Below are positions 1 to 11,673 of a stretch of DNA of 64,000 nucleotides, one piece after another. A program made the position numbers and the translations under genes. The notes below the pieces were generated by a model that searched no databases, was not told where the DNA came from, and was given only the letters and a program-made list of their open reading frames with translations. Numbering within the stretch: the first letter of the stretch is position 1; each line of letters opens with the position of its first letter. This DNA comes from Zootoca vivipara (lineage: Eukaryota): NCBI RefSeq assembly GCF_963506605.1, contig NC_083292.1:23560001-23624000 (forward strand). Direction: 5' to 3'.

Positions 1-786
1 GTCTAACAAAGGTAAGTCCTCCAGTTCCTTGATATCCTTTGCTATCTTCTGTTTCATCGTTGGTACGTGAGGTTTCATGAGCCTGATGAAGTAGTCGATG
101 CTGAGACTCAGATTGCACGTGTCCATCTGCATTGACTTCCAACCCACCAGGCTAACCTGCTTCCTGGATATTTCGGTCTGGCGGAGTTGCAGGGTCTTCG
201 TCTCCATTATTAGGCGGTGGCGGACGGCTGCTACATTGAGGAGCCTGGAACATTCCAGAGAGAGTTGGGCAGAGAAGCGAGTTAGGTTGGCACAGTCCGT
301 GAAGACAGACAGTGCACGATGGCGCTCCATGATAGACAGATAGCGACGAAAAAGGTGTTGGCATACCAAGCCAATGTAAGTCACCAGGTACTGGTAGAGT
401 TCCCTATTTTCCTGGGGACTGAAGGCTGGGTCATACAGGGAACGTTGTACATCCTTAAATATGTGCTTGACCTCAGTTAGGATGACCTGCTGGAAGGCCA
501 GCTGCTGCGGGTTAGGCGTTTGCGGCCACTGGGTCCTCACCTCCATCCGGCCTTTTAGGAACTGCATGAGGTTGGTCAGGGAGATGGGCACAGGCACAGG
601 CTTCTGCAGGGACGAGGTGGCAGAGGGCCCTTTGTCGATCGAGCTCCTCAACCTGGAGACAGTGGCCGGGAAGAGGGACAGGGGAGCGAGGATCCGCTGG
701 TAGTGGTCATGCAGCTGCTGGTTGGCCTTTTCCGTGTTGTCTAGGGCGTACAGCTCGCGCCGGGGAAGCGGGACAAACGAATTCAT
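1..786 (-). CDS. CCDC87: Coiled-coil domain-containing protein 87, 5' part (ORF runs off the left window edge)
   Basis: Minus-strand ATG at 786 in GCCATG context. Translates MNSFVPLPRRELYALDNTEKANQQLHDHYQRILAPLSLFP...QVILTEVKH...LVCQHLFRRYL...VFTDCANLTRFSAQLSLECSRLL, which resembles recalled human CCDC87 motifs (LLRPLSLFP; VFTESATLTRLAASLARDC). Head-to-head with CCS as in human. Confidence 0.88.
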   Translation of the reverse strand, partial: MNSFVPLPRRELYALDNTEKANQQLHDHYQRILAPLSLFPATVSRLRSSIDKGPSATSSLQKPVPVPISLTNLMQFLKGRMEVRTQWPQTPNPQQLAFQQVILTEVKHIFKDVQRSLYDPAFSPQENRELYQYLVTYIGLVCQHLFRRYLSIMERHRALSVFTDCANLTRFSAQLSLECSRLLNVAAVRHRLIMETKTLQLRQTEISRKQVSLVGWKSMQMDTCNLSLSIDYFIRLMKPHVPTMKQKIAKDIKELEDLPLLD

Positions 787-1144
787 GGCGGGGTGGTTGG
801 CGGAAGCTGCAGCAGCGACAGCAACCCCAGGGTGGCTTATGGAGTGGTCGTCATGGTTACGCCACAACGGATTACCCGGCGCCAATCGGCTTCCCGGAGG
901 GACGCTGAGCGCGAGAGTTTGTTTCCGGCCCTGGTAAAAGGGCGCGCAGACTCCGAAGAGGAGGGAGCAGGAAGTGACGGCATCACCTCCGTTTACTGAC
1001 CTTTTTACATGTCGCCGATCATAGAGATGAGGTAGAGTGGCAGGTCAGCGTCTTCCGGGTTCCTGTTTTGTGTTTGTACAAGCGGGTCCGGCGGGCAACA
1101 TTTCCTCGTGAAGGGAAAGGAAGGAGGCGGCAGCGGCGGCGGTG
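787..1144. promoter_or_regulatory. Bidirectional CpG-island promoter shared by CCDC87 and CCS
   Basis: 358 bp between divergent ATGs. CpG-rich, with CCAAT (882-886), GGAAGTGACG ETS/half-CRE (970-979) and CTTCCGG ETS (1052-1058). Confidence 0.75.
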
Positions 1145-1189
1145 ATGGAGGCACCTCCAGGAGGCGGTGGAAGCAGCAGCAGCTGCAAG
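1145..1189 (+). CDS. CCS: CCS exon 1 (MEAPPGGGGSSSSCK)
   Basis: GTGATGG Kozak. 15 codons then AAG|GTGGGA donor. Phase 0 joins exon 2 (human: ...LCT|LEFAV). Confidence 0.75.
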
Positions 1190-2001
1190 GTGGGATAGAA
1201 TCCCCCGCCGGGGGTGGGCCAATATTTCCTTTGCCCAGCCGTCTTCTCGCCGCGTCTGCCCCTGCTGTGTTTCTGCCTGTTATGGCAAACATGCAGGAAG
1301 CCTTCCGTGAGGGTGGGTGCAATAGTTACCTTTTATCGGATGGTTGGAGAAACGGGCGGCGGATCATTCAGCGGCAGAACAGACGTGCAAAGTCCTCCTC
1401 CAACGGTAGCTCCAGTTAGGAAGGATCGCGCAGCGAGGGATGGAAAGGCCCTCCTCTGCCTGAGGCCATGGGAAAGCCATTTCCAGTCAGAAGAGACAAT
1501 ACTCAACTAGATGCACACATAATCTGACCTGGTGAAATACAGCTTGCATATAAATAATAGATATATGGCTTTAATTCTGTTAGTGTTTAATTGCTTTTTA
1601 ATGAATATCTTTTCATGCTTCTATCTTTTAAGTTGCCTTGATTACCGGTTTGGGGGAAAGGTGGGATATAAAGATAATGATGATAAACATGCAGGCTGAT
1701 GGTGTCCATGGACAGGGTATGAAGCAGAAAGGCTGTTGAATGGGTGAAGGATTCCAACTACTGCCCCTAATATAGTACTAACCTTATTCTGTGAATATAA
1801 TGTGCTAAGGAGGACCACCTGCCCACCAGGTTCAACACTGTTCCTCCTGCTTTCCTTGAATAGTGTCTGGTATTTTGAAATCATGTTCTAGCTGGAGATC
1901 AGTAAGAGATATTCTGCATTCTACGTAAAATGGCATTTTTCTTTCTTTCCTTTTTTAAATAAGCAGCTTTGGACTCATGAGCTTCTCTCGCTTTTTTACA
2001 G

Positions 2002-2074
2002 ATGGAGTTTGCTGTCCAGATGGTGTGTCAGAATTGTGTTGAGGCCATTAAGTCATCTCTGCAGGGAATACCAG
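2002..2074 (+). CDS. CCS: CCS exon 2 (ATX1-like domain, MxCxxC)
   Basis: ttttttacag| MEFAVQMVCQNCVEAIKSSLQGIP |gtgatc; 73 nt. Confidence 0.95.
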
Positions 2075-3472
2075 GTGATCAGATGATGAAGGCCTGTGGC
2101 ATTTGTCAGGATCCTATGACCCTCCAGATGCTGTTGAACTCCAACTACCATCAGCCTTGTCCAGCAAGGATGATGGCAGTTGAAGCTGAAGAACATCTGA
2201 AGGGACAACTCTAAACCCTGTACAGGGAGTGGACATTTTCCCGGTTCCTTGGGCTTACTGCAATTTTATTTCCCCCCACTGCTCAAATTGACACTCCTCA
2301 GAAAGCACAGCAGTACTAAAAAAAAAAAAGGTGTTACAGTATCAGCACAATTGTCCATCTAGGTCTTCATCTTGTCTGTAGCTACCATACAACATCAAAA
2401 GTCTTTCTCCAGGTGCTTCTGCCTAAATCTGCCAAGATAAGTGTGGGGAATCTTTGGCCATCCATATATCTCTGAACTTACAGCTCCCATCATCTCTGGC
2501 TGTGCTTGCTGGAGCTGATAGGAGCTGTTGATCAGCAATATCTGGAAAGCCAAAGGTTTCCCACACCTCCCCTTGCAGAAGGGCCTTTTAATGAAACAAT
2601 CTACTGGGGGAGGTCCATCAAACCTAGATACTCCCTGGTTTCAGGTGCCAGGCTAATTCCTGAGCTTTTGGGCTTGTTTTCCTTTTCTCTGATAAACTGC
2701 TCCCCCCTCTCCCTGGCAGGTATTTGTAGCATTTTCTTGATTTGTGCTGTTTTTTATTTTAATTGTTAGCTACCTTGCGACATTGCTAAAACAGATGGCT
2801 ATACATTTAAAAAAGAAACAGTGGCTATACAGATGCCACCAGGAGAATAAGAAGCAGGGGTAAAGGTACCTCATAAGGCCACTGAACCTATGCCAAAAAA
2901 ATCCAGACAAAGTCACGCCAAAGTGACATTTTGGTCTGCTGTCTTGCTTCAGAATGACAAGCAATGGTATCTTGAGGTAGCCAGACCTATGGAGAACAGA
3001 TGGACGGACAGACAGACAAATCACTTTCCAAAATATATAGCAGATAGATGGTACTCGACAGGCAGGTTTGTGTGGGAGGAATCATACTGTTGGAAGGGTC
3101 CTCAGGGGTCGTCTAGTCCAACCTCCTGCCAGTGTAGGAAATTTATTACCACAGCATCCCTGATCACCGGCCGTCCTGATTGTGTTTCAAAACCTGCAGC
3201 AAAGTTGGGAGTCCACCACCTTCCAAGGCAGTTGGTTCCACGGCCGGAACACCGTCCTATGCCGTCAGGATTGTATTCTGAAGGATTTGTCTTAAGGATA
3301 AAGGAGGAGACTCTTGAGTTTAAGTGGTGGCTTGTCACAGGAAGAGCCCCAGGGAGCAGGGCAGTTTAATGGACTAGTGTGGAAAACAGCAGTCGCATCA
3401 TGGCAGTGACTTCTGTCTTTGCACTTCACCTTCTCCTCCCCTATCTCTTTCCACCTCCTACCTCTCCCCTAG

Positions 3473-3610
3473 GCCTCCAGGTGCTTAACGTCCAGCTGGA
3501 ATCACAGAGTGTGCTGGTAGAGACTAGCCTTGGTGCTGAGAAGGTCCAAAGCCTATTGGAGAGCACCGGACGCAGTGCTGTGCTGAAAGGGATGGGGGCT
3601 GCTGTGCCTG
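3473..3610 (+). CDS. CCS: CCS exon 3
   Basis: Long pyrimidine tract, ctag| GLQVLNVQLESQSVLVETSLGAEKVQSLLESTGRSAVLKGMG |gtaagc; 138 nt. Confidence 0.95.
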
Positions 3611-3855
3611 GTAAGCTGATTCTGCCTCACCTCCTTCCAGCTTCCCACCAAGAATATCTCCACAACAAACTTCAAAACTGGTTTTCAATAGGTTGCCAAG
3701 CATCATGGCTTCTTTATCTCCTCCCAAATAAATATTGGCGATTTTAGTTAACCAGAGGGTTGGGGGAGGGGCGGGCTAAGGATTTTTATCAGAAAATGTG
3801 CTGGTACAGAGAAGAACAGTGGCTAGAGCAGGAGTTGTCAACCTCCCCTCCTGCC

Positions 3856-3945
3856 CATAGCTGTCAAGTTCTCCCTTTTTAAAAGGGAAATTCCCTTATG
3901 CTGAATAGGCTTCCTTGCGAGAAAAGGGGAAACTTGACAGCTATG
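3856..3945. mobile_element. 90-bp hAT-type MITE
   Basis: TIRs catagctgtcaagtt / aacttgacagctatg; 8-bp TSD ctcctgcc / ctcctgca. Confidence 0.75.
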
Positions 3946-5138
3946 CTCCTGCAATCGAGAGTGACATTTGCTCATGGGCAACTTGTCAGTTGCTGGCTGC
4001 CATCTTCTCTCTTTCTCCACCCATCAGTCTGTTTGGGGGATCAACAAGCCACCCTTGCTGGGTAACTTGCAGAGGACTTTTGACCCGAGGCCTAGGGCTA
4101 GATCACTGGGTCAGAGTAGATTCATGGAAATTATTTAAGGCCATTAATTTTAACAATCCACTCTAAGTAGAACTTAGTCGGATACCACCCATGATTCCCC
4201 ACCACCACCAAAATTAACAAGTGGGGATGGGGAAGATAGTGACCAAGCGGGGTTGAACTCCCTGTGCACCATCTGATGGGTGGAGGGTTGCAATTCTGCT
4301 TTCTACACAGATGGGCTGCATGTGTCAGCTCCCCCCCCCCCCCCCGGAACTGGCATATGCAGCTGAACTTAGTAGGACTGAATCCTCTGCCCATCTGCAG
4401 GTTCAGCCCTGTGACATCAGGGGTCAACTCTGTGTGCCACTTTCAAGTCCTGGAATGTCAAGCAGGGGAAACTCCCTGCTCAGTACCCATAGGCTTTTCA
4501 CAAGGGTTGACAGCAGCCAGCAAACATTGTGATAATGTCACCTGATTGACAGGTAGCCGTAGTTTAACCACAACAGCCTTGCAGGCAAAAATGGGACCCC
4601 CTAGCAAGCTAAGGGTGTCCCATGGGTCAGAAGTTTCTCACCCCTGTCCTAGGACCACAGGCTGCCCACCCCTGTTCTAGAGAGTTCATCCTGATTGCAG
4701 GAGTTGCAGATTCTCTCGCCCTCCCTGCTTATCTGTAAAAGCACCATTAACAACACAGTTTCTTTATAAGTTCCAACTTTAACTTTAAAATTTCTGCCTT
4801 AAGGTTCCACCCTAGGATCACAGTCACAGCAACATGGTTTTCCCACAATATTTCCCTCCCACAGAGGAATTGATGGCCGATTTACTTTCAGTTTCCCAGC
4901 CACAAGAAGAAGAAAAAGAAAGATTTTTCACATGATGAATTCCCTCAGTTGCTTAATCTTTATTGTCAACCATAAATCGGGCTTTTTGCTCTGCCTTAGA
5001 CACTCTCTCTTATTAAAGACAGAAAGTGGCTCTTGCAAGTTTTCCAACAGTGAGTTTTCATCAGCCGGCTAATAAATCTTGCTAAGTTACAGGTTATCCT
5101 GTCCCAAAGATGTTTAAGGGAGGATGCAGAACTTATAC

Positions 5139-5274
5139 CAGGCATCCCCAAACTGCGGCCCTCCAGATGTTTTGGCCTACAACTTCCATGATCCCTAGCT
5201 ATGAGGACCAGTGGTCAAGGATGATGGGAATTGTAGTCCAAAACATCTGGAGGGCCGAAGTTTGGGGATGCCTG
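5139..5274. mobile_element. 136-bp palindromic hAT (Charlie-like) MITE
   Basis: TIRs caggcatccccaaact / agtttggggatgcctg; perfect 8-bp TSD acttatac. Confidence 0.85.
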
Positions 5275-5557
5275 ACTTATACCCATGAAGGGTTCTTATG
5301 AAGAGTTTGGACGCACTGTCAGTTCAGACAGCAGAAAACAGCTTTGATCAGAGCATTTGAGGTTACTCCCTGGATCACTCTTTATCCCACTGTGATTTAG
5401 TCTGATTACCATCAATCACCACAAAATTAACTTCTGTCAGCAGAGAGTAGACAGAGAGACAGTCACTCCCCTGGAAGTCTCTTGGTTCCGAGAGTGACAT
5501 GTGCAAGGGAACTCCTCGAAGCAAGCCGCAAACTTGTGCGACCTCTTCCCTTTATAG

Positions 5558-5738
5558 GGAGTCTCGGTCCTGCCGCTGTGGCAATGGTGTCTGGCCCAGG
5601 GTTGGTCCAGGGTGTGGTGAGGTTCTTGCAGCTATCCCCACAAAGCTGCCTCATTGATGGCGCCATTGACGGTCTGGAGCCAGGGCTGCACGGCCTGCAT
5701 GTGCATGAGTTTGGGGATGTCACCAATTCCTGCGACAG
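5558..5738 (+). CDS. CCS: CCS exon 4 (SOD1-like domain)
   Basis: tttatag| ...VQGVVRFLQL...IDGLEPGLHGLHVHEFGDVTNSCD |gtgaga. Confidence 0.95.
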
Positions 5739-5837
5739 GTGAGAGGCATTAATGGGCACCTTCTGAGGCATCTCCTCGGCTTTAGGGAGCCCTTTCTTTC
5801 ACTGACTCTCGGTATCTAAACTTGTCTCTCGAAACAG

Positions 5838-5898
5838 CTGTGGAGACCACTTCAATCCTCATGGGGAATATCATGGGGGCCCCCAGGATGTTCATAGG
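5838..5898 (+). CDS. CCS: CCS exon 5
   Basis: aaacag| CGDHFNPHGEYHGGPQDVHR |gtgagt; 61 nt. Confidence 0.95.
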
Positions 5899-6922
5899 GT
5901 GAGTGTGTGGCTTCACCAGGTATTAAATGACTTAAGGCAGGAGTGGGAACCCTCCAGGTCCCTCCTGATGTTGACGTGGTGGTTTTGTTTTCATATTGAT
6001 GAGTGCTGTGCTTTATAACTCTGCATTTTTGTTCTGCTCGTAAGTCACGTAAAGACTTTTTTTAACTAGGTGACTGATCAATGAAATTAATCGTTAACCA
6101 GGACCATGAGCCAGTTTAAAGAATTTTCAGTTGATTAATTATGGGAATCAAGTGTGTAACTGATTGAATACTGATAAAGTGCATTGGAAAAAATGTACAA
6201 GCTATTGCTCATTTGTTAGAAGGGGCACCCCTCTTTCGTTCCTTATTGCAGTAACTTTCCAGATCCAAAATAACCTCAAAAATAAATAATGAACCATGTC
6301 CTGAACTCTCATTGTCTCCAATTAAAATCAGCCCGTAGTGATTTAAAATTTACTCCCCACCAATTAATAATAAAGTACCTGAATGAAATGAAAAGTTTGC
6401 AGCCCTGATTTGGGACCCACTTCCAGTTTTGGGAGTTAAAGGCAGGCTAAGCATCCATTTGTGGGCATGATCCAGTGGCGTGAACTTTTATTTCTGAGCA
6501 GTCCAGCTTTTCTTTTAAAAAAACCCAAGAAGTGGGCAGAGGGTGAGGGTTGAGAGGCAAGCATCTTTTGCCTTCTTCAAGGAAAGGCAACATTTGGTGA
6601 AAGCTCTTTAGAATCAGACGAATTTGGTGTAGCGCTCGCGGGTTCCCTTGGGCTGCCAAATTGACTGCCACCAACAATTGTTTTCTGCCTCCCTGCCAAG
6701 CTCATGCATGGTTCCTCACCATGTAAACTGCACACCTCCAACAGTTACTCGATTGGCCGGCTGGGAGCATGGTTTTGATGGGGAGAAAGGTGTGCAGGGA
6801 GGCAAGGGATTAACATGTGTTTGTGCTGCGTGTGGGAGAGGGAGGGAGAAAGGGAACGAAGATAGTGGTTTTGGGCTGAGCTGCCCAGAATCTAACTGTG
6901 CTTCCTGGGGCTCTGTTTGCAG

Positions 6923-7000
6923 CATGCTGGGGATCTTGGGAATATCTTGGCGGCTGATGATGGAAGGGCTTCCTTCCGGATGGAAGACAACCAGCTGAAG
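6923..7000 (+). CDS. CCS: CCS exon 6
   Basis: tttgcag| HAGDLGNILAADDGRASFRMEDNQLK |gtgagg; 78 nt. Confidence 0.95.
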
Positions 7001-7596
7001 GTGAGGCTTCCTAGAGGATGCAAGGAGCACAGTGAGTGTGCTTGTGATCAAAAAACTGATGGAAACAATAGGACACAGGGCAGCTGATTCCTTTCCCCTT
7101 CCCCTTTCTTCAGAAACAATAGGTCCCTTTTTCCAGTGTAGGAAAAATTAATATTTTATAGTTTGATTGTTCATCAACTCCACTATCTTTTCCACAGAGA
7201 AAATCTTGTGCTGTATTAAACAGACCTTCCTGAGCTCCTTCCCTCCCATTAATGCACACTACACCCCCCCCCCTGCCTCAAAGCTTTGTGTGACACTCTT
7301 CCCCATCAAAATGACCTTTCTACGGTGTTGCTCATGAAAGCTGCGCTGCTGTCAGTTTTCTTCTGTTGTTGGCAGCATCTCTCAGAGCATTGAGAGGGGT
7401 CGGGAACATACCATGTTACAGCACTTCATACAGTGGCCAAACGGTTTTGTTATGACCCAATAGTTTAGAGCAGAGTTGTTTTCAGTTTAGGACCAAGTAC
7501 GATAGTGCCCCTTGCACAGCCAGCATTGCTGGGAGCTGCCACCGTCACTAGAGCGACAAGGATCGGTTGCACATGCATTGCTATCCTCCATTTCAG

Positions 7597-7700
7597 GTTC
7601 ATGACATCATCGGCCGCTCACTGGTGGTAGATGCAGGGCAGGACGACTTGGGCCGCGGAAGCCACCCGCTCTCAAAAGTCACTGGAAATTCGGGTGAGAG
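7597..7700 (+). CDS. CCS: CCS exon 7
   Basis: tttcag| [34 protein letters not shown] |gtaaga. Has Asp where SOD1 has its fourth Cu-ligand His, as expected for CCS. Confidence 0.95.
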
Positions 7701-8195
7701 GTAAGAAGGATTCTCTTTGTCTACTCAACTGGTACAATGACCAGTTAACTCATGATTCCTCATAGTAATTGTACATGAACTCTACACTGCTGCAAGGTGG
7801 GGCACCTGACTAAGCCGTCTAAAACCAGGGCAGATTCTTTGTCCATCGGACATAGCATTGCCTACTCTGGCTCACTGAAAACCAACAGGGTCTTTGGCAG
7901 ACCCAAGTCTTTCCTGCTACCTGGAGGTGTTGCTTGCCTGGACTCCTGAGAGCCTTGAGGAAAAGGTTAGCCAGTGATTGATCACGCAACTGGTTTTCCA
8001 TTTAAACAGCTCCAGCAGGGGTGAGGAACTGTCAGCATGTAGACCTCCAGGCCTCCCCATTCGGTCTATGAGGCCATTTTCAGTAGGCCACACCACCCAC
8101 ATGGCACGGGCAAAGGGAAGGCTTCAGAGGAGCAATCGGGAGCTTAAAGCTGCCGGTTCTTCTTTGGTCAAGCAAGGTGCACCCATAAGACTGCT

Positions 8196-8197
<2 letters not shown>

Positions 8198-8276
<79 letters not shown>
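8198..8276. repeat. (CT)n(CA)n compound microsatellite in CCS intron 7
   Basis: Directly visible in the sequence. Confidence 0.95.
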
Positions 8277-8278
<2 letters not shown>

Positions 8279-8673
8279 CCTCCCACGGGTGCTTCTTCAA
8301 ACTTCTGCATTGCAAAAACAGGTTACCTGATAACATTCTGACATCCAGTAGGTGTCCCCAACGACTTGTAAAATTTGGCGGGGAGGGGAGATAAGGATCC
8401 TGTTCTTGCCAGCCAGATCCAGTTTCCCCACCCACCACGATATGCAATGCATCTCTGGAGTTGTATTTGACTGTGTCTAGTCTGCTGGGTCTTCTTTTAT
8501 GTGTGTGGCTGGTTTTTTAATACCATTTTTTAAAGCTACCCAAGTCTTTCCAGAGCTTGAGCTGTGCGAAGGCAGCTGCAAAACGGTTTTAACAATGGGA
8601 TGCAGAGCCCTGGTCTAGTGGTCCTCTCTGCAGCTAAGGACTTAAGCCGCCTTCCTTTTCCTTGCCTTCCCAG

Positions 8674-8827
8674 AGTGGCCTGTGGAATCATTGCGCGCTC
8701 TGCTGGCCTCTTCCAGAACCCCAAGAAAATATGCACCTGCGATGGAGTGACGCTGTGGGAAGAACGGGAGCGGCCTGCAGCCAGGCCAGATCGGAAAGCC
8801 GCGGGTCAACCCACCCCTCATCTCTAG
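8674..8827 (+). CDS. CCS: CCS exon 8 (domain III, CxC), ending at stop codon
   Basis: cccag| [31 protein letters not shown]...PTPHL*. Summed CDS is 834 nt (277 aa). Confidence 0.95.
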
Positions 8828-9425
8828 GCTTTGCAGTTCTGCCTAGGCTCTCTTGGGGCTAGGACGTCCCAAGGGTTCCAGCTGCTTTCATTTTCCTGTG
8901 TCTCCTAAGTGCAATGTGTTAGGCAGGAGTTCAACGGGTGCTGCTTAGTAGTGGTGTAGTAATGGCGGGCACTTAGCCCCTGGAATGTCTTAATTGTGAA
9001 GTTCTTAAAAGGCACAGGAAGAGGAAATGTAGCCTCTTCTGCAGTGACATAGTAAAGCATCAGTCCTTGTGAGGTATGTGTCATATGAATTACATCCCTT
9101 GTCTTAATTCTAAAATAGTCATTTTGTGAGCAAAGAGTTTGTTGGAAAGACTCTTTCAGTGTCTTTGGGCCACCCATAAAAAAGTCTGCTAGCTTTATCC
9201 TAGGGTGTTTCAAGTGCCTTATTTTCAGACACACTCACTTTGTTTGTAGCCAATGAGTCCTACTCCCAAGTATATCCATTGGAAATCAGTGGACTTAAGT
9301 TAATCATGGCCCTTGGTTTCAATGGGTCTACTCTGGTAGGACTTCGCTGGCTGCATCTCACTTTCTTGACCTTCTCTGTTGCCAATTAAGGATCTTGGTT
9401 GAACTTTGGAGGTGGTGTTTCCTGC

Positions 9426-9431
9426 AATAAA
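9426..9431 (+). terminator. Probable CCS poly(A) signal
   Basis: First AATAAA downstream of the CCS stop codon (about 600 nt away). Confidence 0.6.
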
Positions 9432-9451
9432 CCTTCACTGATTCTGTATAT

Positions 9452-9587
9452 CAGGCACCCCCAAACTTCGGCCCTCCAGATATTTTGGACTACAATTCCC
9501 ATCATCCCTGACCATTGGTCCTGTTAGCTAGGGATCATGGGAATTGTAGGCCAAAACATCTGGAGGGCCGCAGTTTGGAGATGCCTG
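9452..9587. mobile_element. 136-bp palindromic hAT MITE, same family as 5139-5274
   Basis: TIRs caggcacccccaaact / agtttggagatgcctg; 8-bp TSD ctgtatat. Confidence 0.85.
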
Positions 9588-9763
9588 CTGTATATAATAG
9601 AAGGTAAATTAACACAACCCTTAACCACTGATGCTGCAGGTCTTGTTGGACTCCCAACTCCCATCAGCCTTGGCCATTGGTCAGTGCTGGCTGGGGCTGT
9701 AGAGAGCTGAAGTCCCAGAACACCTGAAGGGACCCACAGATTTCCCATCTTTGCCCTTGGGAC

Positions 9764-9980
9764 TAGGGTTGCCAGACTCAATAGAGGACAGGACTTCGGT
9801 GCCTTTAATTGCCCTGCTCTCTTTTGAGTCTGGAAACCTTAAAGAGAAACCAGCAGACCCTTTGTTTAATTTCCAAGCAAAGGGTCTGCTGGTTTCTCTT
9901 TAAGGTTTCCAGACTCGAAAGAGAGCAGGGCAATTAAAGGCACCAAAGTCCTGTCCTGTCTATTGAGTCTGGCAACCCTA
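9764..9980. mobile_element. 217-bp near-perfect foldback hAT (Tip100-like) MITE
   Basis: tagggttgccagactcaatag ... ctattgagtctggcaacccta; arms of about 100 bp; 8-bp TSD cttgggac. Confidence 0.9.
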
Positions 9981-10746
9981 CTTGGGACACAGAGCTGGGG
10001 AAGGTAATGGGTGGCTATCTCTCCTCTTTTACTGCATGAACAGGGGAACTAATTCAGCTTAATATTTGTGAGTATGGAAACAGGAGGGGGCGTTGTTGTG
10101 AATTAATAAATAAATGCACAGTAGTTGTCATGTTGGGTTTGTGGCTGCCTTATGTGCTACAGTGCATGTTTTGGGGAGATGGGAAGGGAAATCCATGATT
10201 TCTGAGGTGTACATACTCTAGACCCATGCCATTATGCTCTTAATAGAGCCATTAAAACTTAAAATTCTTTTTAGTAGCTATCCAGTCTTATTTGGTTTGG
10301 CATATTCATTGGTGTGTATATATGGCATGAGAGGAATGTTTTGTGGTATATTCAGAGAATTCTTGAAGTTTGCATTTTTTCTTTCTTTCATGCTTTGGCC
10401 TGGGACAGAAGCATAACATGCCTGCCTTATGTGCAAAGCTAAGCAGGGTCTGGGACCTGTTCAACTCTACCTATCAGGAATTTCCTTGCATACAAGTCAC
10501 TCAAGTTTGTGGGATTTTCAGCTGAACACTGAATTTGAGCTAGGAAGGGAAGGAGTTTGAGACCATTTAACAACTTAGAACCAAACAAGATGGAGGTATT
10601 GGTATGCCCTAAGGAACCCTGATGTTTGCAGAAGAATCCCGCACCCCAAAATGTCATTGAGGACAGTGCCCGCTCTAGCTGAGGAATGTCATGTTGATTC
10701 AGTGAAAATGGGAGGTTGGGAATTTGACTGGAATATCCTGTGGTAA

Positions 10747-11117
10747 TTATGAATTATAATTTGAATTATGGTGCTGGAGGAGACTCTTGAGAGTCCCATG
10801 GACTGCAAGAAGATCAAACCTATCCATTCTTAAGGAAATCAGCCCTGAGTGCTCACTGGAAGGACAGATTGTGAAGCTGAGGCTCCAATACTTTGGCCAC
10901 CTCATGAGAAGAGAATAATCCTTGGAAAAGACCTTGATGTTGGGAAAGATGGAGGGCACTAGGAGAAGGGGACGACAGAGGACAAGATGCTTGGACAGTG
11001 TTCTCGGAGCTACGAACATGAGTTTGACCAAACTGCGGGAGGCAGTGGAAGACAGGAGTGCCTGGCGTGCTATGTTCCATGGGGTCACGAAGAGTCGGAC
11101 ACGACTAAACAACAACA
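10747..11117 (+). mobile_element. 5'-truncated BovB (RTE) LINE, 3' end
   Basis: Encodes EKTLMLGKMEGTRRRGRQRTR; (CAA)n tail; 12-bp TSD atcctgtggtaa. Confidence 0.9.
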
Positions 11118-11673
11118 ATCCTGTGGTAAGGCATGGCTAGAACCTTGAGCAGAACTCCTCCTGTTAGGAGGTAAGGGAGCATTGCAACATTCTGTTGCAG
11201 GTCCCACTAGTAAGATGCAAATTATAAAGTGCATCAAAGAATGGTCTCATGGTGGGGGGAGGACTTGCAGTTGCCCAGTTAAAGGTATGCTACATTCTTG
11301 GATTTTTCATTTTGTGGGGTAAAGCTGCTTCCACGCTGCTCTGACTCAAAAAAGCTTATGCCATAATAACTTTGTTGGTCTTTATGGTATCACAACACTT
11401 TTTCACTCCAATATGTTAACACAGCTACTCCTCTGGAGAGGAAAAAGTACAGTACAGTATACAATTCTATGATTCTAGCTCGCATGCACACTTCAACTCT
11501 GGCTGTTGTCTTTTTAACTACCAGCGAGTCTGGCTCAGAGCCACTTCCTCCATTACCTTAAGGACCCATACCTAGGGGGCCACTACATCAACAAAAATCT
11601 GTTCCAGTAATTGAATCCTTGCTGGGTGCAGGAATCTGAGAGGACCCGGGCATACAGCCTACCCATAGCTGCC

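Noticed and set aside
5482-7700. SOD1 call for the Cu/Zn-SOD-like exons
   Set aside because: Flanked by MxCxxC and CxC domains and lacking the fourth Cu-ligand His, so the gene is CCS.
10747-11117. BovB as evidence of a new horizontal transfer
   Set aside because: BovB is a well-known resident of squamate genomes; these short 3' fragments add nothing new.
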